Shown: one piece after another, positions 1 through 9,879 of the stretch | Numbering within the stretch: the stretch's first letter is position 1 | How the letters are laid out: each line of letters begins with the position of its first letter | Assembly: GCA_009886125.1 (NCBI GenBank) | Contig: VFJK01000031.1 | Span: forward strand, 1,466-65,465 | Reading direction: 5' to 3' | Source of the DNA: Geobacter sp. | GTDB taxonomy: Bacteria > Desulfobacterota > Desulfuromonadia > Geobacterales > DSM-12255 | Length of the DNA: 64,000 nt | The notes under the pieces: model-generated | Database searches by the model: none | The model's input: the letters and a program-made list of their open reading frames with translations, nothing else | Told to the model about the DNA's origin: nothing | Translations under genes and position numbers: made by a program

Positions 1-1416
1 AACTTCGGAGTTGCCGCACTTGTGACAACAAGTCCGAAATCGGTCGATGCGTGGGGAAGAAACCTGCTTTTTTATGCGGATGATTCTGTCTGGGGCAGCA
101 CAAAAAATGCCTGCGGCGTGACGACGACCAGTACACGATTGAAAGAGTGCAGCAATGATGCCTGTTCCTCTTTTAACACCAAAACCAACATAGCCTTTAT
201 TGTCTACAGCAACGGAGAAGATGCCAACGGTGTCTGCACCGGGACCGGTGTCTGCACCGGCGGAGCAGGGACATGCATCTTCCCGACCTGTACCGGGACC
301 TGTACAGCCGGTGTCTGTTCTGGCGGGGCAGGGACCTGCCCGTCCTGTACTGCCACTCCGGGAGCGTACTGCACTTTTCCTGTCTGGCAGCAGGGGGCGG
401 GGTACAACAGCCCGTGCACCTATGCAGCCGCCAATCCAGCCTATCAGTATGACGATCTCGTCCAGTATGTGACTTTGGATGAGATCAGATCTGCGAGGAA
501 CTGCGCCTTCAGCATCAGCAAGACCTCCCTTCCCGACGCCAAGGTCGGAACAGCGTATACTACAACCCTCCAGGCCTCCGGCGACGGTTCGGCATCCTAT
601 ACCTGGTCGACCGGGCAGGCACAGGGCGCCTGTGCGGCCGGCAGCGTGCAGCTGGTCCCGACCAGTATCGGTCTCTGCCTCACTACCGCCACCGGGGTCA
701 TTTCCGGGACACCGACCTCTGCCGGTTTCGGGATCAACAATTTCACCGTGACCGCGACAAACACCAATACTAGTACAGCATCCCAGGCCTTTACCCTCAA
801 TGTTGTCAATACCCTGGATATTACGAACCAGACTCTTCCCAATTCCGAAACAGGAGTCGCCTTCAGCGTTACCCTGAACGGCACCGGAGGGAATACTCCG
901 TATACCTGGTCGACCGGTCAGGCGCAGGGGGCCTGCCCCGCCGGAACAGTGCAGATACATGCCACGAACACCGGCCTCTGTCTCAATACGTCAACGGGAC
1001 TGTTGTCGGGCGCAATCGTCGCCACACCCTATCCTATCGCGGCAGGCGCCTGGAATGTCACTGCGACCGTGACCGATGCCAACGCTAAAACTGCGTCCAA
1101 GTCATTCACTCTGAATATTGCCGACGGATGCATGCGTGGTGGAATGCAGGTGAAAAACGCTGTCGGAAATCAATGGTACACAAGAAATGGTGGCGTCTGT
1201 ACTGCAACGACGACAACGAATGGCATAACCGTGTATCCGGGGGACACCCTTTTAATGTTTAACAATAATGCGTGTGCAGTAGCTCAGGCTCGCTGTACCG
1301 GACAAACGCTGACATACCCTTTCTTTCAGAATCTGGACACGAATTACAACTGCAGTGTCGGCTGGACTGCTTCAGTGGCGGTGACCTGCACTTTTAACGG
1401 CGGAGCGCCTTATTGA
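1..1416 (+). CDS. Secreted/cell-surface Cys-Gly-Thr-rich protein with two Ig-like (He_PIG-type) repeats; 5' end probably outside the window
   Basis: Frame 1 has no stop between position 1 and the tracked start at 22. There are two ~95-aa repeats, each starting YTWSTGQAQGAC. A low-complexity tract reads GVCTGTGVCTGGAGTCIFPTCTGTCTAGVCSGGAGTC. No enzyme motifs were seen. Confidence 0.6.
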   Translation, partial: NFGVAALVTTSPKSVDAWGRNLLFYADDSVWGSTKNACGVTTTSTRLKECSNDACSSFNTKTNIAFIVYSNGEDANGVCTGTGVCTGGAGTCIFPTCTGTCTAGVCSGGAGTCPSCTATPGAYCTFPVWQQGAGYNSPCTYAAANPAYQYDDLVQYVTLDEIRSARNCAFSISKTSLPDAKVGTAYTTTLQASGDGSASYTWSTGQAQGACAAGSVQLVPTSIGLCLTTATGVISGTPTSAGFGINNFTVTATNTNTSTASQAFTLNVVNTLDITNQTLPNSETGVAFSVTLNGTGGNTPYTWSTGQAQGACPAGTVQIHATNTGLCLNTSTGLLSGAIVATPYPIAAGAWNVTATVTDANAKTASKSFTLNIADGCMRGGMQVKNAVGNQWYTRNGGVCTATTTTNGITVYPGDTLLMFNNNACAVAQARCTGQTLTYPFFQNLDTNYNCSVGWTASVAVTCTFNGGAPY

Positions 1417-1474
1417 GTCTGGAGCGGACGGCAGCAACCCCTTTCTCTAGTCCCGCACGCAGGACACCTATCCC

Positions 1475-1657
1475 ATGGATCGTATCAAACTCATCTCCCT
1501 GATAAGCGGCGCAGTCACTATCCTCTTCGGTTACTGGCTGCTGGCTGTTCCGGTAGAACTCCCGTATGAGAAGGTCATATTTCTGGCAAAGTCGGGGATG
1601 ATTACGGTTTTTGCCGGGAGCATCGTCCTAATGGTCGGAATTTGGCGAAGATCGTGA
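1475..1657 (+). CDS. Small two-helix membrane protein (60 aa), unknown family
   Basis: ATG-started ORF with two hydrophobic stretches (ISGAVTILFGYWLLAV and ITVFAGSIVLMVGIW). No recognised motif. Confidence 0.4.
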   Translation: MDRIKLISLISGAVTILFGYWLLAVPVELPYEKVIFLAKSGMITVFAGSIVLMVGIWRRS

Positions 1658-1703
1658 TAGGATATGCATCGCTGATCAGCAGAGTGTCGATGGGGGGAGT
1701 GTC

Positions 1704-1877
1704 ATGCTCAGATACAAGGTTGTGGAGACGGCTACCGTCTCGGAGGATATTCTGGAAGAGATCCTGAACGAATGGACCTCTCAGGGGTGGCAGTTCTACG
1801 GCATGCAGTTTGCGATGCGCGAAACACACAAACGTCCGTCCATGGCATTTGTCCTTTTCACGATCGAAGAAAGCTGA
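1704..1877 (+). CDS. DUF4177-like small protein (57 aa), below the ORF-track length cut-off
   Basis: Hand translation gives MLRYKVVETATVSEDILEEILNEWTSQGWQFYGMQFAMRETHKRPSMAFVLFTIEES, with the stop at 1875-1877. The YKVV...LNE...GW pattern is typical of DUF4177. Confidence 0.55.
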   Translation: MLRYKVVETATVSEDILEEILNEWTSQGWQFYGMQFAMRETHKRPSMAFVLFTIEES

Positions 1878-1893
1878 TCCTCTCGTCAGATCA

Positions 1894-2175
1894 ATGCATA
1901 TATACTGCCTCGAAATTCATCTTGACCTGCCTTCATGCACTTTGAAAGGCAAGCGCGGGATAATTAAAAGTATCCAGCATCGTGCCCGGAACCGCTTCAA
2001 TGTCGCTTCCGCCGAAATCGACCGGCAGGATAACCCCGGTGTCGCAGTCCTCGGGTTTGTAACGGTCAGCTCGGACAAGGTGATTGCCAGATCCCTTCTG
2101 GAGCGCCTTGAAGACTGGGTCTACGAAAGCTGGCCGGATGTCGGGATCACCGGATCGGATATTTCGGAAATATGA
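1894..2175 (+). CDS. DUF503 (YlxP-like) protein
   Basis: The internal ATG at 1894 gives MHIYCLEIHLDLPSCTLKGKRGIIKSIQHRARNRFNVASAEIDRQD..AVLGFVTVSSD, which closely matches the YlxP/DUF503 pattern. The upstream part of tracked ORF 1810.. overlaps the DUF4177 gene and is unlikely to be coding. Confidence 0.8.
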   Translation: MHIYCLEIHLDLPSCTLKGKRGIIKSIQHRARNRFNVASAEIDRQDNPGVAVLGFVTVSSDKVIARSLLERLEDWVYESWPDVGITGSDISEI

Positions 2176-2296
2176 ACCTGAAAACGGCAGTTGGAAGTTG
2201 CCGAAATGGCACATCCGCTCGAATGCAGGCAGCTTTCAACTGCCGAATCTAGGATGAATCGTATGATCATACCAATGTGCAGCAAGGAAACCGTAT

Positions 2297-5032
2297 ATGG
2301 CCGATAAAACCCTCTACCTGATCGATGGATCATCCTACATCTACCGTGCGTACTTCGCGATCCGGCACCTTTCCTCACCGATCGGGTTCCCCACGAATGC
2401 ACTGTACGGATTTACCCAGATGCTTCTGAAGGTGCTGAAAGATCGTCAGCCTGACTATGTCGCAGTGGTTTTCGATGCCGGAAGGCTGACCTTCCGGAAT
2501 GAGTTATATCCTGATTACAAGGCGAACCGTTCTGCCATGCCTGACGATCTGAGACGTCAGATCGACCCGATCAAGGAGATGGTCCGGGCCTTCAGTATCC
2601 CGGCTCTTGAACTGGCAGGGTTCGAAGCGGATGATATCATCGCGACCATTGCCCGGGAGTGCTCCGGGTGTGGCGTAGACATCATGGTTGTTACAGGCGA
2701 CAAGGATCTGATGCAGATCGTCAGCGACCGGGTCCGCCTGCTTGACACGATGAAGGATAAAGAGAGCGGCATCCCAGAAGTTCTGGATCGGTTCGGTGTG
2801 GAACCTGAGCGGGTGATCGATATTCTGGGCCTGGCAGGAGACAGTTCCGACAATATCCCGGGCGTCCCCGGGATCGGAGAAAAGACGGCAATCAAGCTGA
2901 TCCAGGAGTTCGGGTCGCTTGAATCACTGCTGGAGCGGGCCGGAGAGGTGAAAGGCAAAAACGGTGAACGTCTGCAGGAGTTTGCCGATCAGGCAAGACT
3001 TTCCAAGCGACTGGCAACAACTGATGACCAGGTGCCGATCGCGTACACTTTTGATGAACTTATCTGCTCTCCACCTGACAATCCCAGGCTGGCTGAGCTG
3101 TTCAAGACCTACGGGTTCACAACCCTGATGAAAGAGATGACAAGCCGTTCAACCCTTGCCGTAGAGAATTATCGTTCGATCAGGGGGGAAGCAGATTTCA
3201 TCCGGCTCCTTGATGATCTGTCAGGAGCAGAATCATTTGCCATAGATCTTGAAACGACAAGCCTGAATGTTCGTGAAGCCGAGATCGTGGGGATATCACT
3301 TTCATTTAGGGAACACGAAGCGTTCTACATCCCGGTCGGCCATCTGGTTTTTCAGCAGGATTCTTCGCCGGGTGACGGGCAAGGACTTTTCAGCCGTACA
3401 GTCGAGCCGCTGCTTGAACCGGATCAGCTGACTCTCTCAAGGGTCCTCTCTGTGCTGAAACCGGTGCTTGAAGATCCTTCCCGCAAGGTGATCGGCCAGA
3501 ACATAAAGTACGACTATCAGGTCCTGAGGCGCTACGGGATTGCCATTGCAGGAGTTTGGTGCGATACGATGATCGCAGCTTACCTCGCCAATCCATCCCG
3601 GCAGAGCCAGGGTCTCGACTCTCTGGCTGTCGAACTGCTTGACCATCGTATGATCAGCTACTCGGACGTAACCGGAAAGGGGAAGGGTCAGAAAGGATTT
3701 GCAGAAGTGGCTATCGAGGCAGCAACCCGCTACTCATGTGAAGATGCGGATGCGACGTTTCTTCTGCATCGACTTCTGTTGCCGAAAGTCGTAGAGGGGG
3801 GGATGGAGCATCTTTTCCATGATGTCGAGATGCCGCTGGTCACCATCCTTGCCGAGATGGAACTGACCGGAGTCAGGCTCGATATGCCACTTTTTGCAGA
3901 GCTCTCTGAGAAATTCGGCAAGGAGATGGCCTCACTCGAAGCTGAGATCTGTGATCTGGCCTCAGGCCCGTTCAACCTGAACTCGCCGAAACAGCTGGGA
4001 GAGATCCTCTTCGAGCGGATGAAGCTGCCGACCGGCAAGAAGACCAAGACGAAAAGCGGTTGGTCGACCAATGTGGAGGAGCTTGAACGGCTTGCTGATG
4101 CCGGTTTCGAGATTGCATCCCTGCTGCTCAGGTACCGGGGGCACTCGAAGCTGAAGTCGACTTATACCGATGCGCTTCCCAAAATCGCTGACCCGAAAAC
4201 AGGTCGAGTCCATACCTCCTACAATCAGGCTGTCACCAACACCGGCAGGCTCTCTTCTTCAGAGCCGAACCTGCAGAATATCCCGATCCGGACAGACGAG
4301 GGGAGGATGATCCGTCGCGGGTTCATCGCGAAGGATGGCCACAAACTCATTTCTGCCGATTATTCTCAGATAGAGCTTCGTGTTCTGGCACACCTTTCAA
4401 GCGACAAGGTCCTTTGCGATGCGTTCGAGCGTGATGAGGATATCCATACCCGCACCGCGAGTGAGGTTTTCGGCCTGTTCCCCGAGATGGTGACGCCGGA
4501 GATGCGGCGTCAGGCAAAGACAGTGAACTTCGGGGTGATCTACGGACAGAGCGCATTCAGTCTGGCAAAGCAGCTGGGGGTCACACGCAAGGTTGCTGAG
4601 GATTTCATAGAAAGTTACAAGGCACGGCATTCCGGTGCGATCAGTTATCTTGAGAGCTGCGTCAGTCATGCCAGGGAGAAGGGGTTTGTGACGACTCTTC
4701 TGGGGCGGAGGCTCCCTATCCCGGATATCGACAGCAGTAATTTCACGGTCCGTTCCTTTGCCGAACGGAATGCTATCAACTATCCGATCCAGGGCTCTGC
4801 AGCAGATATAATCAAACAGGCTATGGTGCGGATAGACAGGCGGATAAAGCGGGAAGGAGTCGCTAGCCGCCTGATAATGCAGGTGCATGACGAACTTGTT
4901 TTCGAAGTCCCGGAAGACGAGCTTCTGCGGATGGAACAGCTTGTCGTGTATGAGATGGAGCGGGGCGCAGAGCTTGCAGTTCCCCTGAAAGTTGATATAA
5001 ATTACGGTAATAACTGGAGTGAGGCTCATTGA
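2297..5032 (+). CDS. polA: DNA polymerase I
   Basis: 911 aa with a 5'-nuclease N-terminus (LYLIDGSSYIYRAYFA), a 3'-5' exonuclease region, and polymerase motifs (DYSQIELRVLAH, QVHDELVFE). Confidence 0.97.
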   Translation: MADKTLYLIDGSSYIYRAYFAIRHLSSPIGFPTNALYGFTQMLLKVLKDRQPDYVAVVFDAGRLTFRNELYPDYKANRSAMPDDLRRQIDPIKEMVRAFSIPALELAGFEADDIIATIARECSGCGVDIMVVTGDKDLMQIVSDRVRLLDTMKDKESGIPEVLDRFGVEPERVIDILGLAGDSSDNIPGVPGIGEKTAIKLIQEFGSLESLLERAGEVKGKNGERLQEFADQARLSKRLATTDDQVPIAYTFDELICSPPDNPRLAELFKTYGFTTLMKEMTSRSTLAVENYRSIRGEADFIRLLDDLSGAESFAIDLETTSLNVREAEIVGISLSFREHEAFYIPVGHLVFQQDSSPGDGQGLFSRTVEPLLEPDQLTLSRVLSVLKPVLEDPSRKVIGQNIKYDYQVLRRYGIAIAGVWCDTMIAAYLANPSRQSQGLDSLAVELLDHRMISYSDVTGKGKGQKGFAEVAIEAATRYSCEDADATFLLHRLLLPKVVEGGMEHLFHDVEMPLVTILAEMELTGVRLDMPLFAELSEKFGKEMASLEAEICDLASGPFNLNSPKQLGEILFERMKLPTGKKTKTKSGWSTNVEELERLADAGFEIASLLLRYRGHSKLKSTYTDALPKIADPKTGRVHTSYNQAVTNTGRLSSSEPNLQNIPIRTDEGRMIRRGFIAKDGHKLISADYSQIELRVLAHLSSDKVLCDAFERDEDIHTRTASEVFGLFPEMVTPEMRRQAKTVNFGVIYGQSAFSLAKQLGVTRKVAEDFIESYKARHSGAISYLESCVSHAREKGFVTTLLGRRLPIPDIDSSNFTVRSFAERNAINYPIQGSAADIIKQAMVRIDRRIKREGVASRLIMQVHDELVFEVPEDELLRMEQLVVYEMERGAELAVPLKVDINYGNNWSEAH

Positions 5033-5047
5033 GGAGCTATAGACAGA

Positions 5048-6109
5048 ATGAAAAAACTGCTTAAGAAACGGTCCCGCAAAGCGGGGCTTTCGCCAGGGAG
5101 TCTGGTCCATATCGGCGAAGTGCGTCAAGCCGATCCCCATACTGAGGTCATTACCTATGACCGGGAGCGGGTCGATGTTTCGCAGCCCGCCCTGGAGAAA
5201 GAGTGCCCGCTCCCTCCGGTTGAGGGGGCGGTAACCTGGCTGAATGTGGAAGGGATCGGCCGGCTGGAGCTGCTGAAGCGGTTGGGCGACTGCTACGGTA
5301 TCCACCCGTTGGTGCTGGAGGATATCGCCAATACAGACCAGCGCCCAAAGGCGGAGGAGTACGACAAGTATCTTTTCGTGGTTCTGAAGATGCTCATCCC
5401 CCTGGACTCAGGGGTCAGCAGCGAGCAGGTCAGTTTCGTGCTGGGTGACGGGTGGCTGCTCACCTTCCAGGAGGGGCTGGACGGTGATCCATTCAACCCG
5501 GTGCGGCAGCGGCTGAAGAACCCTCAGGGGCGTATCAGGAGCCAGGGGGCGGATTTCCTCGCCTACTCACTTATGGATGTCATTGTCGACAATTACTTTC
5601 TTGTCCTTGAGCAGGTAGCGGAAAGTATCGAGGTGATGGAGGAAGAGCTGATGCGCGCCCCTTCCCAGCGTACGCTGGCGGAGATCTACCGGCTGAAGAG
5701 GGACCTGCTTTTCATCCACAAGGCGATCTGGCCTCTGCGGGAGGTTATCAACAGCATGATCCGCCGCGATTCAGCACTGGTGAAGGAGTCCACGCTCATC
5801 TACCTGCGCGACCTGTACGATCACACCATCCAGGTCATCGAAACCGTGGAGACCCTGCGTGACATGCTCTCCGGGATGCTGGACATCTACCTTTCCAGCG
5901 TCAGTTATCGAATGAACGGCATCATGAAAGTGCTTACCATAATCGCGACGATCTTCATGCCGCTCACCTTCATTGTCGGTCTCTACGGCATGAACTTCAA
6001 GCATATGCCTGAACTGGAATGGGCGTGGGGTTATCCATCTGTACTGCTGCTTATGTTGATCGTGACTGTCGGGATGTTGATCTTTTTCAGACGCAAGAAG
6101 TGGTTTTAG
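5048..6109 (+). CDS. corA: Magnesium/cobalt transporter CorA
   Basis: 353 aa with the YGMNF signature followed by two C-terminal TM helices. Confidence 0.93.
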   Translation: MKKLLKKRSRKAGLSPGSLVHIGEVRQADPHTEVITYDRERVDVSQPALEKECPLPPVEGAVTWLNVEGIGRLELLKRLGDCYGIHPLVLEDIANTDQRPKAEEYDKYLFVVLKMLIPLDSGVSSEQVSFVLGDGWLLTFQEGLDGDPFNPVRQRLKNPQGRIRSQGADFLAYSLMDVIVDNYFLVLEQVAESIEVMEEELMRAPSQRTLAEIYRLKRDLLFIHKAIWPLREVINSMIRRDSALVKESTLIYLRDLYDHTIQVIETVETLRDMLSGMLDIYLSSVSYRMNGIMKVLTIIATIFMPLTFIVGLYGMNFKHMPELEWAWGYPSVLLLMLIVTVGMLIFFRRKKWF

Positions 6110-6111
6110 CA

Positions 6112-6145
6112 AGGAGGCTGGCAATAATAAGTTTGCTAGCCTCCT
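6112..6145. terminator. Hairpin between convergent corA and the 6151..6585 gene
   Basis: AGGAGGCTGGC-N12-GCTAGCCTCCT pairs at 10 of 11 positions. There is no clear T-run. Confidence 0.4.
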
Positions 6146-6150
6146 AACGT

Positions 6151-6585
6151 TCAGACAAACGGATAGCCGCTCTGCCTTTTTCGTATGAGGTGCTCGATCA
6201 AAGAGTATGCCCGGATGAACGGTACCTTCAGGCGGATGAGGTCGTAAATATCCAGAAGGATGTGGAATATGAGCCCGGCAAGCAGGTAGTCGAGCAGAGG
6301 GAAATAAAAGGAGAGCACGGTGACGAGAAGGAAGAATTCGATTGTATGGAAGATGCAGACGCCAAGATAAGGGATCGAAGCAAGGTTCTCGTCGACATTT
6401 TCGCGGAAATATCTGAACATGCCCGAAACATCGTATCTGCCGGTCCTGTTGAAGTAAAACAGCTGATGATCGACGTCGATCAGGATGCTGCCGCAGGCAA
6501 ACAGGAGGATCCCGGTCGGTTCGCAGATCGGGATTAATGCTGCGGATGCTGCTCCGGTTGCGGCAAGATGCTGCTTAAGGTTCAT
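6151..6585 (-). CDS. Membrane protein, possibly a YdjM/DUF457-type membrane-bound metal-dependent hydrolase
   Basis: 144 aa, multi-TM, with a conserved-looking IDVDHQ and several His residues. Confidence 0.5.
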   Translation of the reverse strand: MNLKQHLAATGAASAALIPICEPTGILLFACGSILIDVDHQLFYFNRTGRYDVSGMFRYFRENVDENLASIPYLGVCIFHTIEFFLLVTVLSFYFPLLDYLLAGLIFHILLDIYDLIRLKVPFIRAYSLIEHLIRKRQSGYPFV

Positions 6586-6717
6586 TTGTCACCGAATATG
6601 GTCCTGAGTGTCATTAGTGAAAAATTATTAAATTGTTTATATGTTTGCCTTATACTTCCAATATATCATACTATCCTTTATAAGACGAGTGAATGGGCTT
6701 CAGATAAGGAATGCCAG

Positions 6718-8211
6718 ATGGTGTCTAATGCAGCGGAAAAAATACAACAGAGGATAACGCTCCTCTTTGTCGAAGGAACAGGCAACTCTGCTGAAGAGAT
6801 CAGAAATATTCTCTCCACAATTAAACCTGAAGTAAGCCCGGTATTTGCCAGAACTCTTGCAGAAGCACGCTCATGGCTCGACAACAACACTCCAGACCTC
6901 GCTATCATCGATCTCAACCTGCCTGACGGTAAGGGAACGGTACTGCTCCCGTTAGACAAAAAAAGCGCACATTTTCCGATCGTCCTGATGTCGGATTCCG
7001 GCAGTGAGACCGAGGCAGTAGATGCAATAAAGGCCGGCGCTCTCGACTATCTGGTCAAGGGTCCTGAACTGTACCCGGAGCTGAAGCTGGTTATAAGCAG
7101 GTCGTTGAAGCAGTGGGGCTACATATTAAGGCAGAGACTGATCGAAGATGCACTCAGAGACAGTGAAGAGCGTTTCAGGTCGATATTTTATACTGCAGCA
7201 GCAGGGATGGTCCTGATTTCTCCCTTCAAGAACATAATGCAGGTAAACCCGGCTTTCTGCCGATTCACCGGCTATGAGGAGGAAGAGCTTCTCAACCGGA
7301 AGATAGATGAGTTTGCCCATCCTGACGATCAAGGCAGGGTTGCGGCGATGTATGAAGAGCTCTTTGCATTAAGGCAAGGCTCGATCGACTGTGAAAGGTG
7401 TTTTGTCAACAAGGCCGGGAACGTTGTCTGGGGTCATGTCTCCTTGTCATGCATTTTCGGTTCGGACAGGTCTCCTGCTTACTGCATCGCGCTTGTTCAG
7501 GACATAAGCCTCCGCAAGGCCCTTGAGGAGAAACTTCTTCTTGCGAACCGGGAACTTGATTCTTTTGTCCATACAGTGTCCCATGATTTACGGTCGCCGC
7601 TCACCCCTATCATCGGCTATATACAGTTTATCTGTGACCAGTACGCGCAAGAGCTCTCTCCCCAGGTGATAGAGATGCTTGACGAGGTCTTATGTCAGGC
7701 TGACAGGATGAACTCGATGCTTGAAGATCTTCTGGCGCTTGCAACAGTCGGCTCTGTAGAGCCTCCTGCATCGCCGACAAGTGGAAATGATGTCCTGAAG
7801 AACCTTCAGCTGAGGTTCTCGTCGGAGTTCTCACCCGGTGGCGCCCGGATAGCTGTGACAACCCTCCCTGATGTCAGGATTCCGAAGACGCTTTACCAAT
7901 TGATCCTTGATAATCTTATCGGTAATGCCATCCGTTACTCGGGAGATGAGCGGGTTGACGTGTGCGGCGAGCTTGCTGATGGTGTTTTCAGACTTTCAGT
8001 GCGGGATTACGGGCCCGGTGTGCCTGATGATGAGAAACAGAGTATTTTCAACCTGTTTTACCGTGGGGCTGCCGGGCAGAAAATTGCCGGGACAGGGATC
8101 GGCCTTGCGACCGTACAGAAGATTGCCAAGCTCTACAACGGCACTGTCTGGGTCGAAGATGCTCCTGGCGCGGGCAGCCTTTTCATAGTCGAGATGTTTG
8201 ACGTCGGGTAG
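6718..8211 (+). CDS. Hybrid sensor: receiver + PAS + HisKA/HATPase histidine kinase
   Basis: Start trimmed to the ATG at 6718. Contains a receiver (IIDLNLPDG), a PAS region, an H-box (HTVSHDLRSPLTPIIGY) and a G-box (GTGIGLATVQKIA). Confidence 0.85.
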   Translation: MVSNAAEKIQQRITLLFVEGTGNSAEEIRNILSTIKPEVSPVFARTLAEARSWLDNNTPDLAIIDLNLPDGKGTVLLPLDKKSAHFPIVLMSDSGSETEAVDAIKAGALDYLVKGPELYPELKLVISRSLKQWGYILRQRLIEDALRDSEERFRSIFYTAAAGMVLISPFKNIMQVNPAFCRFTGYEEEELLNRKIDEFAHPDDQGRVAAMYEELFALRQGSIDCERCFVNKAGNVVWGHVSLSCIFGSDRSPAYCIALVQDISLRKALEEKLLLANRELDSFVHTVSHDLRSPLTPIIGYIQFICDQYAQELSPQVIEMLDEVLCQADRMNSMLEDLLALATVGSVEPPASPTSGNDVLKNLQLRFSSEFSPGGARIAVTTLPDVRIPKTLYQLILDNLIGNAIRYSGDERVDVCGELADGVFRLSVRDYGPGVPDDEKQSIFNLFYRGAAGQKIAGTGIGLATVQKIAKLYNGTVWVEDAPGAGSLFIVEMFDVG

Positions 8212-8215
8212 GTTT

Positions 8216-8776
8216 TTATCTCTCTCTGGCCGCGTATATCCCCGGAGCATTCCTCCAGTAACCCTTGTAGTCCATGCCGCAGCCGAACAGAAACCTGTCA
8301 GGGGAGATGAGACCGGTAAAGTCTGCTCTCTGAAGGCCGGCAGATTTCCGGTCATGCTCTTTGTGGACCAGTACTGCTGTCAATACCTCTCGTGCACTCT
8401 CCTGAATGCAGTAGTCGATGATCGCCGAGAGAGTCCTCCCCTCGTCAAGTATATCATCGACCAGAAGGATGCTCCTTCCGCAGAGATCCTCAGTCGGGCG
8501 GACTTTCCAGTCAAGATGTCCACCGAATTTTTCATGGCCGTACCGGGTGGCATGAAGGTAGCCGCACTCCAGAGGGAAATGAAGTTTCGGCAGCACTCTC
8601 CCGGTCGTTATCAGCCCACCGTGCATGACGCAGAGGACAAGGGGATTTGCCTCTTCCAGCCGTACGGTGATCGATGCTGCCAGCCGGTCGATCGCAGCCT
8701 CGACTTCTTCAGCGGTAAATAGGCAGTCAGCCTCCTTCATCACCTGTCTGATCTCAGGAGCGGTCGGGGAGATCAT
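8216..8776 (-). CDS. hpt: Hypoxanthine/guanine-type phosphoribosyltransferase
   Basis: PRPP-binding motif ILLVDDILDEGRTL; length 186 aa. Confidence 0.75.
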   Translation of the reverse strand: MISPTAPEIRQVMKEADCLFTAEEVEAAIDRLAASITVRLEEANPLVLCVMHGGLITTGRVLPKLHFPLECGYLHATRYGHEKFGGHLDWKVRPTEDLCGRSILLVDDILDEGRTLSAIIDYCIQESAREVLTAVLVHKEHDRKSAGLQRADFTGLISPDRFLFGCGMDYKGYWRNAPGIYAARER

Positions 8777-9879
8777 ATCTTGAAGAGTTCATACTCTCTG
8801 AAGCCTATACCCATCTTTTCGGCATGGGCCAGCTGGACTTCCCAGTCGATCTCCGGGTAGATCCCCCTGAACTTATCTTCTCCCGGTTCGTGTCCTTTGA
8901 CGAGAGCGCTGTTTCTGTTCCCCACAGCTCCGTTTACCAGATCTGCACAGGCCTGATCCAGTGCGACAGGGTCAGTTGATGCGCAGATTCCGATGTCGTT
9001 TACAATCGGCGCATCAGCATGGCCGTAACAGTCGCAGGCGGGAGATACCTGGGTTATGAAGTTCAGGAACAGGCATTTATCCTTCTTCCCGGACAGAGCG
9101 CCGCTTGCGTACTCTGCCATTTTCTTCATCACCAGCGATGAACTCTCGTTCCATTGGACATTGATTGCTTTCTGGGGGCAGGCGGTAATGCAGCGACTGC
9201 ATCCGACACAGGCAGCAGAGTCGATCTTCGCTTTCCCTTCGATAAAGGCGATAGCGTTATGTGCACAGGCTTTACCGCAGATCCCGCAGCCGTTGCAGAA
9301 TTTTTCCGCGACGACAGGGGCAACAGTCGAGTGCTGCTGCAGCTTCCCGGCACGGCTTGAACAGCCCATTCCGAGATTTTTTAATGCGCCGCCGAATCCG
9401 GTCAGCTCGTGGCATTTAAAATGAGATACAGCTATCAGGGCATCAGCTTCGACTATTTCAGCTCCTATGCTGACTGATTTCAGAAACTCCCCGGCAATCT
9501 TTATATCGACGGAATTCTGGCCCTTTATTCCGTCGCACATGATAAGGGGTGCACCCACAACAGCGTAGGCAAAGCCGTTCTCAATAGCGCAGGTCAGAGC
9601 AGATACTGCCTCCTTCCGCTCTCCCGGATACAGTGTCGATGAGTCGGTCAGAAAAGGCTTCCCGCCGACGTTTTTTATCTCTTCGACGACTCTCCTGATG
9701 AATATCGGGCGGATAAAGGTATGATTTCCTTTCTCTCCGAAGTGAAGCTTGACCGCTGTCAGATCTCCGGCGGCAACGGTATCCTTTATGTTGCAGCTGC
9801 TCATAAGCCTGGAGATCTTGTCAAAAAGGTTCTCTTTATGGCCTGCCCTCATATCGGCAAAGTAAACCGGACTTGGCAT
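8773..9879 (-). CDS. DUF362 protein with a 2x[4Fe-4S] ferredoxin insert
   Basis: DUF362-like N-terminus (VYFADMR...VKLHFGE) plus CNGCGICGKAC and CVGCSRCITACP cluster motifs. There is a 4-nt overlap with the downstream hpt. Confidence 0.8.
   Translation of the reverse strand: MPSPVYFADMRAGHKENLFDKISRLMSSCNIKDTVAAGDLTAVKLHFGEKGNHTFIRPIFIRRVVEEIKNVGGKPFLTDSSTLYPGERKEAVSALTCAIENGFAYAVVGAPLIMCDGIKGQNSVDIKIAGEFLKSVSIGAEIVEADALIAVSHFKCHELTGFGGALKNLGMGCSSRAGKLQQHSTVAPVVAEKFCNGCGICGKACAHNAIAFIEGKAKIDSAACVGCSRCITACPQKAINVQWNESSSLVMKKMAEYASGALSGKKDKCLFLNFITQVSPACDCYGHADAPIVNDIGICASTDPVALDQACADLVNGAVGNRNSALVKGHEPGEDKFRGIYPEIDWEVQLAHAEKMGIGFREYELFKI

Noticed and set aside
4397-5305. 302-aa minus-strand ORF spanning the polA 3' end and the corA 5' end
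   Set aside because: It is antisense to two confidently identified genes, has a low-complexity Arg/Pro/Leu-rich translation and shows no motifs. This is typical shadow-ORF behaviour in GC-rich coding DNA.
6568-6717. N-terminal extensions of tracked ORFs: 6568, 9987, 13049, 23965, 26362, 30067, 41517 and the 59639 end
   Set aside because: Each extension overlaps the upstream gene or intergenic promoter region and lacks an SD. Internal ATG starts with an SD, and family-typical N-termini, fit better.
8198-8722. 174-aa plus-strand ORF opposite the phosphoribosyltransferase gene
   Set aside because: The minus-strand frame carries the PRPP-binding motif and overlaps its neighbour in operon fashion. 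The plus-strand product has no recognisable features.
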